From NCBI RefSeq assembly GCF_005696695.1, contig NZ_CP040006.1, positions 2,130,001 through 2,162,000 on the forward strand: a DNA stretch of 32,000 nucleotides, given 5' to 3'. This document shows positions 6,901-14,722 of the stretch, piece by piece. The notes beneath the pieces are model-generated. The model was not told the origin of the DNA and searched no databases. It saw only the letters and a list, made by a program, of their open reading frames with translations. The position numbers were made by a program, and so were the translations under genes. Source of the stretch: Schaalia odontolytica (GTDB taxonomy: Bacteria > Actinomycetota > Actinomycetes > Actinomycetales > Actinomycetaceae). Positions within the stretch are counted from its first letter, which is position 1, and every line of letters starts with the position of its first letter.

Positions 6901-7950
6901 AATCACCAATCCCCTTGATATACTTGGAACCTCAAAGCTCACCCCTACCTAAAGGCTGGGATTCAGTCACCTATCCCCTTGATATACTTGTGGGGCTGAC
7001 TGACAAAAGTGTCAGGTAGCTGGGATTCAGTCACCCATCCCCTTGATAAACTTGAGGTGCAGCTACTCGCCGACGCTGAGAAGTTGGGATTCAGTCACCT
7101 ATCCCCTTGATATACTTGCAGTACACCGTGACGATCGTGCCGGTTAGCTGGGATTCAGTCACCTATCCCCTTGATATACTTGTCAGGCCATCACGCAAGA
7201 CGCGCGCGCTGCTGGGATTCAGTCACCTATCCCCTTGATATACTTGACGTCGACCGTCGTCTGAATCGACTCGTGCTGGGATTCAGTCACCTATCCCCTT
7301 GATATACTTGCGGCGCACCGTCCGCACGAGACCTACACGCTGGGATTCAGTCACCTATCCCCTTGATATACTTGAGGCCGCCGCCGCCGTCGTCGGCGAA
7401 TGGCTGGGATTCAGTCACCTATCCCCTTGATATACTTGGCTCGGAGAAGAGGTCCATCTGCTCGGTGCTGGGATTCAGTCACCTATCCCCTTGATATACT
7501 TGCAGCATGATCGCCCCCTGGCCCCGCAAGGCTGGGATTCAGTCACCTATCCCCTTGATATACTTGCGGGCCTCGATCCAGTCAGAGATCAGAAGCTGGG
7601 ATTCAGTCACCTATCCCCTTGATATACTTGGCAGCGAGGCCCCACGGACCACCGAACGGCTGGGATTCAGTCACCTATCCCCTTGATATACTTGGCTGTG
7701 GTGTTGGGCGTGTGCGCGACGGGCTGGGATTCAGTCACCTATCCCCTTGATATACTTGTGAGCGCGTGACGCGCATGGTTTCCCTGGCTGGGATTCAGTC
7801 ACCTATCCCCTTGATATACTTGAACCGCTTCGCCGCGTCCCGCTTCATCGGCTGGGATTCAGTCACCTATCCCCTTGATATACTTGGTCACCAGCACCAG
7901 ATCGGCGGCGAGTCACTGGGATTCAGTCACCCATCCCCTTGATATACTTG
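6891..7950 (+). CRISPR. CRISPR array: 17 repeats of 36 nt and 16 spacers of 28 nt (type II-C associated); strand is the inferred crRNA orientation
   Basis: Consensus repeat GCTGGGATTCAGTCACCTATCCCCTTGATATACTTG. Repeat starts are 6891, 6955, 7019 ... 7915, with a strict 64-nt period. The cas-distal repeat (6891) has 5 substitutions. The repeats at 7019, 7083 and 7915 carry 2, 1 and 2 substitutions respectively. The array is adjacent to cas2. Confidence 0.97.
7876..7884 (+). promoter_or_regulatory. Repeat-embedded extended -10 box (representative copy; present in all 17 repeats)
   Basis: TGATATACT occupies repeat positions 26-34 and matches TGnTATAAT at 8 of 9 positions. It ends 2 nt before the spacer. 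The repeat at 7019 has the variant TGATAAACT. Confidence 0.5.
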
Positions 7951-7999
7951 AGGTGGATAGGTTTTACCCAAAATCGCAACGTTTTCTCATGAAAACACA

Positions 8000-8320
8000 T
8001 CAGAAAATCATGAGCTGCTCGGGTGCCTGACCGTCATCCTTACGCTCCGCACGCACAAAATGCAGGCCACTGGCCCACTGCCGATCCGTGAGCCCCAGGA
8101 CTTTCACTTTTCCCCCACTCGGCAAGTGACTCTTAATCGCCCGCAACGTCGCATGATCTTGCCCACCCAGAGGCCAATACTTCACATACACACTGAACTG
8201 GACCATTGAAAAACCCCAATCCAACAAATCATGCCTGAATCTCGTCGCCTCCCGGCGCTGCTTCTTCGTCTCCACCGGGAGGTCGAACATGACCAAACAC
8301 CACATTGCATCATCCGCCAT
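8000..8320 (-). CDS. cas2: CRISPR-associated endoribonuclease Cas2 (106 aa)
   Basis: The sequence is typical of type II Cas2 (MWCLVMFDLPVETKKQRREATRFRHDLLDWGFSMVQFSVYVKY). It starts 1 nt after the cas1 stop and is followed 49 nt later by the array. Confidence 0.93.
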   Translation of the reverse strand: MADDAMWCLVMFDLPVETKKQRREATRFRHDLLDWGFSMVQFSVYVKYWPLGGQDHATLRAIKSHLPSGGKVKVLGLTDRQWASGLHFVRAERKDDGQAPEQLMIF

Positions 8321-8321
8321 T

Positions 8322-9245
8322 TCAATCTCCCACGCTCACAACCGATGGCCCCTGCCACGACAGCACGTTCAGACGATCGATATCGCCCTCCACGTAGCGC
8401 CCGAACGACTGGGCCAAGGCCTCGGCAACGGCAGGAATACCATGTCCATCCAAATCGAAACGCTGCGACGCGGCAGCCACCAATAGCTGCTTCACCGGGC
8501 GATCCGAAGGAGATGCCGTGGGCGGGAGCTGCAGGGCAACCTCATCGATCGCCGGTCTAAACGGTTCGATCAGATCGTCGGCAAGAGCAAAGGCATTGCC
8601 TCGGCCTCGATGGAAGACTCCGAGTGCGGGCGCCAGCCCCGCCGCCAGAACAGCGCGCATCAGGTGCCCGCGCAACACTGAGTACCCATAATCCAAACAG
8701 GCATTCGCACCGATCAGTTGGCCGGCTGCCGGTTGACGCCCGACACCCTTTCCGAGGGCGCGTGACCAATACAGCCGAGCAGCCTGGGCCTCAACATTTC
8801 CAGGATCACCCGAACGAACCTGGTCCGCGAGCGCGAGGAGCTCACCACTGCCCCGAATCTTGAGGTTTTCCAGAACCGAGGCCTGCCCCTCGATCTTCGC
8901 TCGAACCAGACGCGCCCACGCATTCTTTTTCCGAGGCAGCGATACCTCCGCCTGAGCTCGGTGGCGGGCTGCCACTCGGCCATGATCGGACCACGAGTAG
9001 CAGCCGCCTTCCGGTATACCTCTCCAGTCACAAAACAGAACTGCGACATCGGCCTCACACAGGCGGTGAAGAACCGAGGCGCTCAACACCACCTGCAGAC
9101 CGATGAGGACAACCGCCACATCCGCCACAGGAACGATCTGCACGCCACCACCAGCCAAATGCACTTCGATACCGCCGCAACATGACCGCAGCTCTCCATC
9201 AAATGCAGAGAGGTCTATAACCCGCCAGCTGCCGTCCATTGTCAC
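8322..9245 (-). CDS. cas1: CRISPR-associated endonuclease Cas1, type II (307 aa; GTG start, alternative ATG at 9239)
   Basis: Cas1 motifs are recognisable (NACLDYGYSVLRGHLMRAVLAAGLAPALGVFHRGRGNAFALADDLIEPFRP). There is a GTGA overlap with the cas9 stop. Confidence 0.93.
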   Translation of the reverse strand: MTMDGSWRVIDLSAFDGELRSCCGGIEVHLAGGGVQIVPVADVAVVLIGLQVVLSASVLHRLCEADVAVLFCDWRGIPEGGCYSWSDHGRVAARHRAQAEVSLPRKKNAWARLVRAKIEGQASVLENLKIRGSGELLALADQVRSGDPGNVEAQAARLYWSRALGKGVGRQPAAGQLIGANACLDYGYSVLRGHLMRAVLAAGLAPALGVFHRGRGNAFALADDLIEPFRPAIDEVALQLPPTASPSDRPVKQLLVAAASQRFDLDGHGIPAVAEALAQSFGRYVEGDIDRLNVLSWQGPSVVSVGD

Positions 9246-12200
9246 TCAAAAACCTTGCTACATGGGAGTCTGTCATCTTTCGACTTCCAACGCTCTTCGC
9301 CCAGAACATTACGACGGATCACTGCAACACCACCCGCTTCAAGCAATGCACCAATGGTGACGCGCCAAGATTTGCTCCTACCTGCGATATCCTTCACAGC
9401 TTGTGGAGTTTCGTCATTGAATCCTTCCTCTGAAATACGCAGGGGACGCAGATTAACTTGCGTCGCGCTTTCAAAACCGACGATCCGCCACTCGACTACA
9501 TCACCATAGCCTTCCTCTTTGAAGAATTCACCAATTTTACCTTCATCGTAGAACTTTGGATTTACCCTTAACTCATCACCAGCGACAAGCCAAGCGTACG
9601 GCTTTTTCGTGCTGTCGCGAAGGAATTTGCGAACCACTTTATCGGCCGTACGCATTGAGATTGAGCTTGCTGGAATTGAGAACGAGAAAAGATCCTTTCC
9701 ATGCGCATGCCGCAAATCAACCTGATAGACACGCAGCATTGCATACTTTGCCGGCTCTTCAGCAATCTTGTAGATACGGACGTGATGGATCGTATTACTG
9801 ATCGACACATAACCGCCCCGGACCGCGAGTGACGCTGACCATTTCCCGGCGGGAGTCGCTCCAAAGAAGCGGATTCGCTCCATAGGGCCGATCCTTCTGC
9901 CATGGATCGTGATTGTCCGTTTGGGGTCCGCAGGGAGCCCCGTCTGCGGATCGAACTGTTCATCCTTCACGAGGGCCGCCCATAGAGCAGGCGTCTCCGC
10001 CCGATCAATGAGATCCACAGGAAGCGGATCAGACAACAGACGAAACTCTCCATGTTCTTTGACTTTACGCATTCCATTCTTGTCAAGCTTCGGAACACGA
10101 TCACCATTCCGGTCTAGATACGCATGCTCAAAAGATGTAACACTGTCCATGTGCGCTCTGCTCGATCCAAGGCGTAAACGCTGATTCATGGTGAACCGCA
10201 CCATGCCACTCTCGAGCGAGTCATTAAACTTCTTCGCCGCAACTTGCATATGCTGAGACCAGTCATACATCAGAGCATTTTCCGACGGATGAGAATGCAG
10301 ATACCGTCTCCACTCATCAGCCCCACTAGTAACAAGCTGCGCAAAACGCAGATTATCACGTAGTGCAAGTAATTGTGCGATGCGATCATCAAGTAGCGCA
10401 ATGACGAGAGCATCCATTGCATGGTGTCGACGATCAAGACGCGTCTTACCATTGCCACCAGTGAAGCGTACACAGCCCTCAAATCCAGAAACGACCCGAG
10501 CTGCCGCAGTAATACGGCCTCGATACAGCCCAACTGAGGGAACTACTGCCCCTTCATTTGCAGAGGATGCTGATGCGAAGTATCCCCTGATGCGCTTGCC
10601 TAGCTCAACCGCCATCCATGCCACCGATTCCATCGATCGTGCATCAAACTCTTGATCCGGCTTCTTCGACTTCAGGCGTGCAACAACGACAGCTTGGAAC
10701 TTCTTATGCTGCTTCGGACTCACCCCCGGGTCCTGTCCCCATGACCAAACACGTTCGATCACATCGTCGAACGAAACCTTATCTTTGCGACTTCCTGATT
10801 GAGCCCACTCAGAGAACAGCTGACTCCCTTTGCTCGCGTTACACTCACGACAGACTGCAACGAGATTATTTCGATCATTGGTTGATCCTAGGCCTGAACG
10901 TGGAACAATATGGTCCATCTCTGCGGTTTCAAATCGAATTCCCGCACCACAGTACAAGCACTTAGATTTTTGCCTCTGTAGCGCTAAAAGCCTGATCTTT
11001 GTTACCTGATTCAACTTTCCACCAGCACATGCCTGTCCACCTAATCGCTCTGCCAAGACCTCAATCTGACGCCGCCTCGCCTTATTCGCGCTTGTCAGTT
11101 TCTTGGCGCTTTCAGCGGACATCATCCCGCTACGCGTGTGCTCGATGTTCACTGCCTCGGGAACACCCCAGCGATCAACGGCCACCTTCAGCCATCGACT
11201 CACTTCCTTCATGACGCGGTCAACAGCGGGATTGCCAACAGGAGCGCCGATAGGGTCCGGTTTGGGGACCCAGGAGCTGCTCACCCCGAACTCACGCTTT
11301 CTTGCTTCGTGCAGGTCACATCCATCAGCAAGCATGCGATCCGTTAGTCTCTGCAGGCTGTCCAGGGAATACGCAGCGCGGCCAGATGGCAATGCAAGTT
11401 CCTCTAGCTTTGCCAGGTCATCATCTGTGAGAGAAGCCAGGAAACCATCAACCTCATCGTTTTCAAACTCCTCTCCCTCAGCGAGGGTCGAGTTAGCCAT
11501 AAACTTTACGAGGTCCGCACGATCCTCGTCATTCGCAGACTTCCACCAGCGCTTCAATTTCGTCAACTTGCTCGACATGACAATGACACTGACAGCATCA
11601 GTCGGCGGACGGCGCAGAGCGGGCTCTCCTTCGAATACCGGTTTCGCGGTGCCCGTCAAACAATCCCGTTCAATGCCGAGCTGCTCTGCAATATCAAACC
11701 ATTCAACATCCTCGACCTTGAGGGCGCTATCCAAAACATATCGCGTTACTCGTCGCAGCTCATTGGCATTCAACTTCCGCTCCTGGCCACCAGAACGAAC
11801 CCTCAGATTCGCTAGTGCCGCAACGATTCTGAACTTCTGAAACGCCGGATGTGCAATTTCGGCCCGCCATTTCGATTCCTGCCCCGGTAACTGATCGTGG
11901 CCAACCCGCATGTTTCGTCGCGCCCCATTCCTGGGGTGAGTCACTCGGAAAACTATCTCTGTCAGCTCCTTGATTTGAGCACGATCAATGTGTTGGAGCT
12001 CAAGAATTCGACTGAGCTCGTGGTAGGTATCGCTCTGGTACTGTCGACCTCGGAATAGACCTTGCGTGCCACGCAGTGCCTGAAGGGCATAGCGTTCATC
12101 TGCGACGTAGGCAGAGGCCAGCTGCCCCTGCGTAGCCTCGGCGACAATCTTCGTCCCCAGAGCCTCACAGACCCTTTCGTTCACCTTAATGAGCGCTTTG

Positions 12201-12685
12201 CTCGGGTAAGTAGCCCGAGTCAACGATGCAACCGATGTATAAGAATTCCGCCAACCACGATGCCTCGCGATATGCCTGACAGCGATCGCTAGCATTTCCG
12301 CACGCTCCGCAGGGTCTGACACGTAGGAGTCGAGCAGCTCCGCACGCACGTGCCACGGTTCGTGCGGATCGTCGAACTCTTCAAGATTAGGAAGCTGCCA
12401 ACCCAATTGCTGCGACAAGTATGAATCTAGATCCGCTAGACGCTTCTCATTCGAGCGCCTACGCCTTCTGGTTCGCCGAGCGATGCCCGACACTTTCTTT
12501 CGGCTAAGGTCTTTCCCGTCACCAGGCTCAACACCACCATCGTGCAGATGTACGGTCGAATTGAGGAGCTTGATGGGAGTTCCACGTTCGTCGACTTCGA
12601 TCGCGCAGAAACCAATGGACTTGAGGCCAACGTCGATCCCGATGCGGTAGCGACGATGCTGCACATTTGCCGAATAATCACTCAT
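9242..12685 (-). CDS. cas9: Type II-C Cas9 endonuclease, Actinomyces naeslundii Cas9-like (1147 aa)
   Basis: RuvC-I YRIGIDVGLKSIGF. Arg-rich bridge helix GIARRTRRRRRSNEKR. RHIARHRGWRN. RuvC-II VNIEHTRSG. HNH EMDHIVPRSGLGSTNDRNNLVAVCRECNASK. RuvC-III RLDRRHHAMDALVIALL. Many blocks match my recollection of AnaCas9. The neighbourhood is cas1-cas2 only, with no csn2 or cas4, which indicates II-C. The start is set at the ATG 13 codons before RuvC-I; the 1437-aa track ORF is an upstream read-through artefact. No Shine-Dalgarno sequence is seen. Confidence 0.95.
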   Translation of the reverse strand: MSDYSANVQHRRYRIGIDVGLKSIGFCAIEVDERGTPIKLLNSTVHLHDGGVEPGDGKDLSRKKVSGIARRTRRRRRSNEKRLADLDSYLSQQLGWQLPNLEEFDDPHEPWHVRAELLDSYVSDPAERAEMLAIAVRHIARHRGWRNSYTSVASLTRATYPSKALIKVNERVCEALGTKIVAEATQGQLASAYVADERYALQALRGTQGLFRGRQYQSDTYHELSRILELQHIDRAQIKELTEIVFRVTHPRNGARRNMRVGHDQLPGQESKWRAEIAHPAFQKFRIVAALANLRVRSGGQERKLNANELRRVTRYVLDSALKVEDVEWFDIAEQLGIERDCLTGTAKPVFEGEPALRRPPTDAVSVIVMSSKLTKLKRWWKSANDEDRADLVKFMANSTLAEGEEFENDEVDGFLASLTDDDLAKLEELALPSGRAAYSLDSLQRLTDRMLADGCDLHEARKREFGVSSSWVPKPDPIGAPVGNPAVDRVMKEVSRWLKVAVDRWGVPEAVNIEHTRSGMMSAESAKKLTSANKARRRQIEVLAERLGGQACAGGKLNQVTKIRLLALQRQKSKCLYCGAGIRFETAEMDHIVPRSGLGSTNDRNNLVAVCRECNASKGSQLFSEWAQSGSRKDKVSFDDVIERVWSWGQDPGVSPKQHKKFQAVVVARLKSKKPDQEFDARSMESVAWMAVELGKRIRGYFASASSANEGAVVPSVGLYRGRITAAARVVSGFEGCVRFTGGNGKTRLDRRHHAMDALVIALLDDRIAQLLALRDNLRFAQLVTSGADEWRRYLHSHPSENALMYDWSQHMQVAAKKFNDSLESGMVRFTMNQRLRLGSSRAHMDSVTSFEHAYLDRNGDRVPKLDKNGMRKVKEHGEFRLLSDPLPVDLIDRAETPALWAALVKDEQFDPQTGLPADPKRTITIHGRRIGPMERIRFFGATPAGKWSASLAVRGGYVSISNTIHHVRIYKIAEEPAKYAMLRVYQVDLRHAHGKDLFSFSIPASSISMRTADKVVRKFLRDSTKKPYAWLVAGDELRVNPKFYDEGKIGEFFKEEGYGDVVEWRIVGFESATQVNLRPLRISEEGFNDETPQAVKDIAGRSKSWRVTIGALLEAGGVAVIRRNVLGEERWKSKDDRLPCSKVFE

Positions 12686-12726
12686 GCACACATAGTGGCA
12701 CAACGCACACACATTTGTGTCTGTTT

Positions 12727-12824
12727 CGAAAGATACCGAGCCTCTCACGGAGAGACCCGGTCTACTGCAAAGCAGTGAGCATTCAGAACCGCTAACATGT
12801 CGGCCCTTGTTAAGATTCAGTCGC
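12727..12824 (-). ncRNA. Predicted tracrRNA (about 100 nt) immediately upstream of cas9 on the same strand
   Basis: The minus strand reads GCGACUGAAUCUUAAC-AAGGGCCGACAUGUUAGCGG..ACUGC-UUU-GCAGU..ACCGGGUCUCUC-CGU-GAGAGGCUCGGU-AUCUUUCG. The anti-repeat GACUGAAUCUUAAC pairs with repeat nt 1-14 (GCUGGGAUUCAGUC): 9 contiguous Watson-Crick pairs, then 2 further Watson-Crick pairs, 2 G-U pairs and 1 mismatch. It is followed by an AAGG nexus-like motif and a 12-bp terminal hairpin. The ends are estimates. Confidence 0.55.
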
Positions 12825-12829
12825 TTCAT

Positions 12830-12858
12830 AGCATACATCTCCAATTCCAGAGATGCAA
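12830..12858 (-). promoter_or_regulatory. Putative tracrRNA promoter
   Basis: On the minus strand: TTGCAT (12858-12853), 17-nt spacer, TATGCT (12835-12830). This would start transcription about 2-3 nt before the anti-repeat. Confidence 0.35.
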
Positions 12859-12950
12859 GCCACATCCGCAAGGACTTTTCGGCAGGGCCACCCCACCCAC
12901 TTCCGCGCGCCACTGCGACACAAGGGGCGCGATCCTGAAACAATGGGGGC

Positions 12951-14630
12951 ATGTCGAATGACCCGCGTGAAAACCTGCATGGCTCGGACAGCCAGGAGCT
13001 GGCCGACGTGACGGCCGACGCCGCGCGCGCCGGCGCCGAGCGAGCCGCCTCGACCCCCGCCCACACCTCCGACGAGGCACCCGCCCCGCGCAGCGCCCTC
13101 TCGTCGTTCGAGGAGATCCTCAGCGGCACCACCCACGAGGCCGACGCCCCCATCGCCGACACCCCCGCAGAAACGCTCGCCGACGACGGCGCACAGGACC
13201 TGCAGGAGACCCTCGTGTCCTCCACCCCCCTCGTCACAACCGACGAGGCCGAGGCCACCCCCGCCGCGCTCACGACCGACGCGGCGGCAGCAGCGGAGAA
13301 CACATCGGAGACCGCCAGCGACATCGCGCCCGAGACCGCAACCCCGCAGGCCGCGCCGCAGCAGCCTGCCCAGAAGCTCACGCCCGCCAACAGCGCCAAC
13401 ACCACAGGCAACAGCGCGGCAACGAACGCCAACAACGCCCTCGCCGCCCCCGTGCACCTGCCGCCCGCCGAGCCGCGCCCCTGGTACCGCTCGCGCCGTT
13501 CCTTCTCCGCGAAGGGCCGCGGTGGCCGCGTCCAGGTCGCCGGCCTGGGCATCACCTACACGGACCACGTGACCGGCGCGGTCCTCCTCGCCGACATCGA
13601 CCTGGGCTTCCGCGCCCGCTCGCTGAGCGCGATCCTGGACCCAACGGGCCGTCGCGCCCGCGCCCTTTTCCTGATCCTCGCGGGCCTCGAGGAGCCGCAG
13701 GCCGGCCGCATCGTCGCCGCGCCCTCTCGCTCGCTGGCCGCGCGCCTCGCGGGCCGCATCGGCTCGGTCGCGCTGATCCGGGCAGACTCCCCGCTCGACG
13801 AGTCCCTGACGATCCGCCAGAACATCCTCGCTCCCCTGTCCGCGACGGGCTCCGTCGCCGACTGGGACAACCTCGTGGGCGCCCTGCAGATCACGGGCCT
13901 CGCCCAGCGCGTCGAGGTCCACCCCTCCGAGCTCTCCGAGTGGGAGCGCTTCAAGGCCCTCATCGCCCGCGCGATCGTGTCCGGCGCCGAGGTCTTCCTC
14001 ATCGAAGACCCGGTCTCCCTGCCCGCCGCCGCGCGCGACGAACTCGGCCCCCTCCTGCGTTCCCTCGCGGACGCGGGCTGCGCGGTCGTCATCGCGACCC
14101 CGAACGCCGAGGTCGCGGCCGCCTCCGACCGCGCGATCCTCCTGACGAACGGCCGGGTCGCGCTCGACGCACCCAACCCCTCGGCCGCGATCATCGCCGC
14201 CTCCCTGGAGGCCAACCCCGAGGACCCGAAGGCCCTCCTCGGCCCGATCCCCTCGGCGCTGCCCGCCTCCTTCGACGAGGTCATCTCCCCCACCGGCTCC
14301 GCCTCGGCCCCCGCGTGGCACCCGCTCGGCACCGCCGACGAGGCCGGGGCGCAGACCTCGGACACTCAGCAGGCCCCCGAACCCGAGGAAGCAGCCGAGG
14401 CCGCCCTCGACGCGGCGACCACCCGCGTGGAGGCCACCCCCGCCCAAGCAACCCAGGCGACCGAGGTCCCCCAGGCCTCGCCCGAGCCCCGCACCGAGAC
14501 CGCGATGCGCGGCATCCCCGTCGTCGAAGCCGAGGACCCGGCCCTAGCCGAGCCCGAGGTCTCCGACCTGGTAGTGCGCGCCCGCAAGATCCTCTCCGAC
14601 CTGCCCGGCTCGATCGCCCCGCAGGAGTAA
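12951..14630 (+). CDS. ABC-ATPase-fold protein with degenerate catalytic motifs, flanked by long disordered regions (559 aa)
   Basis: The central ~210 aa align by eye to an ABC nucleotide-binding domain. Walker A is DPTGRRARA (no GKS/T). The signature is LSEWER (versus LSGGQ). Walker B is FLIEDP (versus hhhhDE). The H-loop is VIATPN. The N-terminal ~190 aa and C-terminal ~150 aa are A/P/E/T-rich. Confidence 0.7.
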   Translation: MSNDPRENLHGSDSQELADVTADAARAGAERAASTPAHTSDEAPAPRSALSSFEEILSGTTHEADAPIADTPAETLADDGAQDLQETLVSSTPLVTTDEAEATPAALTTDAAAAAENTSETASDIAPETATPQAAPQQPAQKLTPANSANTTGNSAATNANNALAAPVHLPPAEPRPWYRSRRSFSAKGRGGRVQVAGLGITYTDHVTGAVLLADIDLGFRARSLSAILDPTGRRARALFLILAGLEEPQAGRIVAAPSRSLAARLAGRIGSVALIRADSPLDESLTIRQNILAPLSATGSVADWDNLVGALQITGLAQRVEVHPSELSEWERFKALIARAIVSGAEVFLIEDPVSLPAAARDELGPLLRSLADAGCAVVIATPNAEVAAASDRAILLTNGRVALDAPNPSAAIIAASLEANPEDPKALLGPIPSALPASFDEVISPTGSASAPAWHPLGTADEAGAQTSDTQQAPEPEEAAEAALDAATTRVEATPAQATQATEVPQASPEPRTETAMRGIPVVEAEDPALAEPEVSDLVVRARKILSDLPGSIAPQE

Positions 14631-14722
14631 CGTAACGGTCACTGCGAGCCGCCATTCTTCGTGAGACACTAGGCGTATCAGGCGAGGCATCGCCTCGTTC
14701 ACCCGTACGCGCAGGAGCATCC

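Noticed and set aside
6689-6952. 87-aa + strand ORF, and the 68-aa minus-strand ORF at 6667..6873
   Set aside because: The ORF runs through hairpins and a terminator and into the first CRISPR repeat and spacer. The sequence is not protein-like. The region is better explained as non-coding RNA or relic DNA.
7951-7999. GGTGGATAGGT next to the last repeat, considered as a tracrRNA anti-repeat between cas2 and the array
   Set aside because: Only about 8 nt are complementary to the repeat (ACCTATCC), and no nexus or terminator module follows. It is more likely leader or junction sequence. The weak GTTTTC-TCAT-GAAAAC hairpin there may just follow the cas2 stop.
12850-12950. Search for an attR-like direct repeat of the tRNA-Phe 3' end at the right edge of the accessory segment
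   Set aside because: No convincing match to GGTCACCGGATCGACGCCGGTCGGAGCCACCA was found by eye. This needs a computational search, so no mobile-element call is made.
12686-13555. 290-codon N-terminal extension of the cas9 ORF (track ORF 9242..13555, 1437 aa)
   Set aside because: The extension is A/S/G/V-rich junk. It crosses the sharp GC boundary and overlaps both the predicted tracrRNA and the divergent + strand gene. Cas9 homologs start about 10-25 aa before the RuvC-I IGIDVG motif.
12810-14447. 545-aa minus-strand ORF, and the 13556..14365 ORF, opposite the degenerate ABC gene
   Set aside because: These are G/R-rich shadow frames. The + strand frame has an ABC-fold domain layout.
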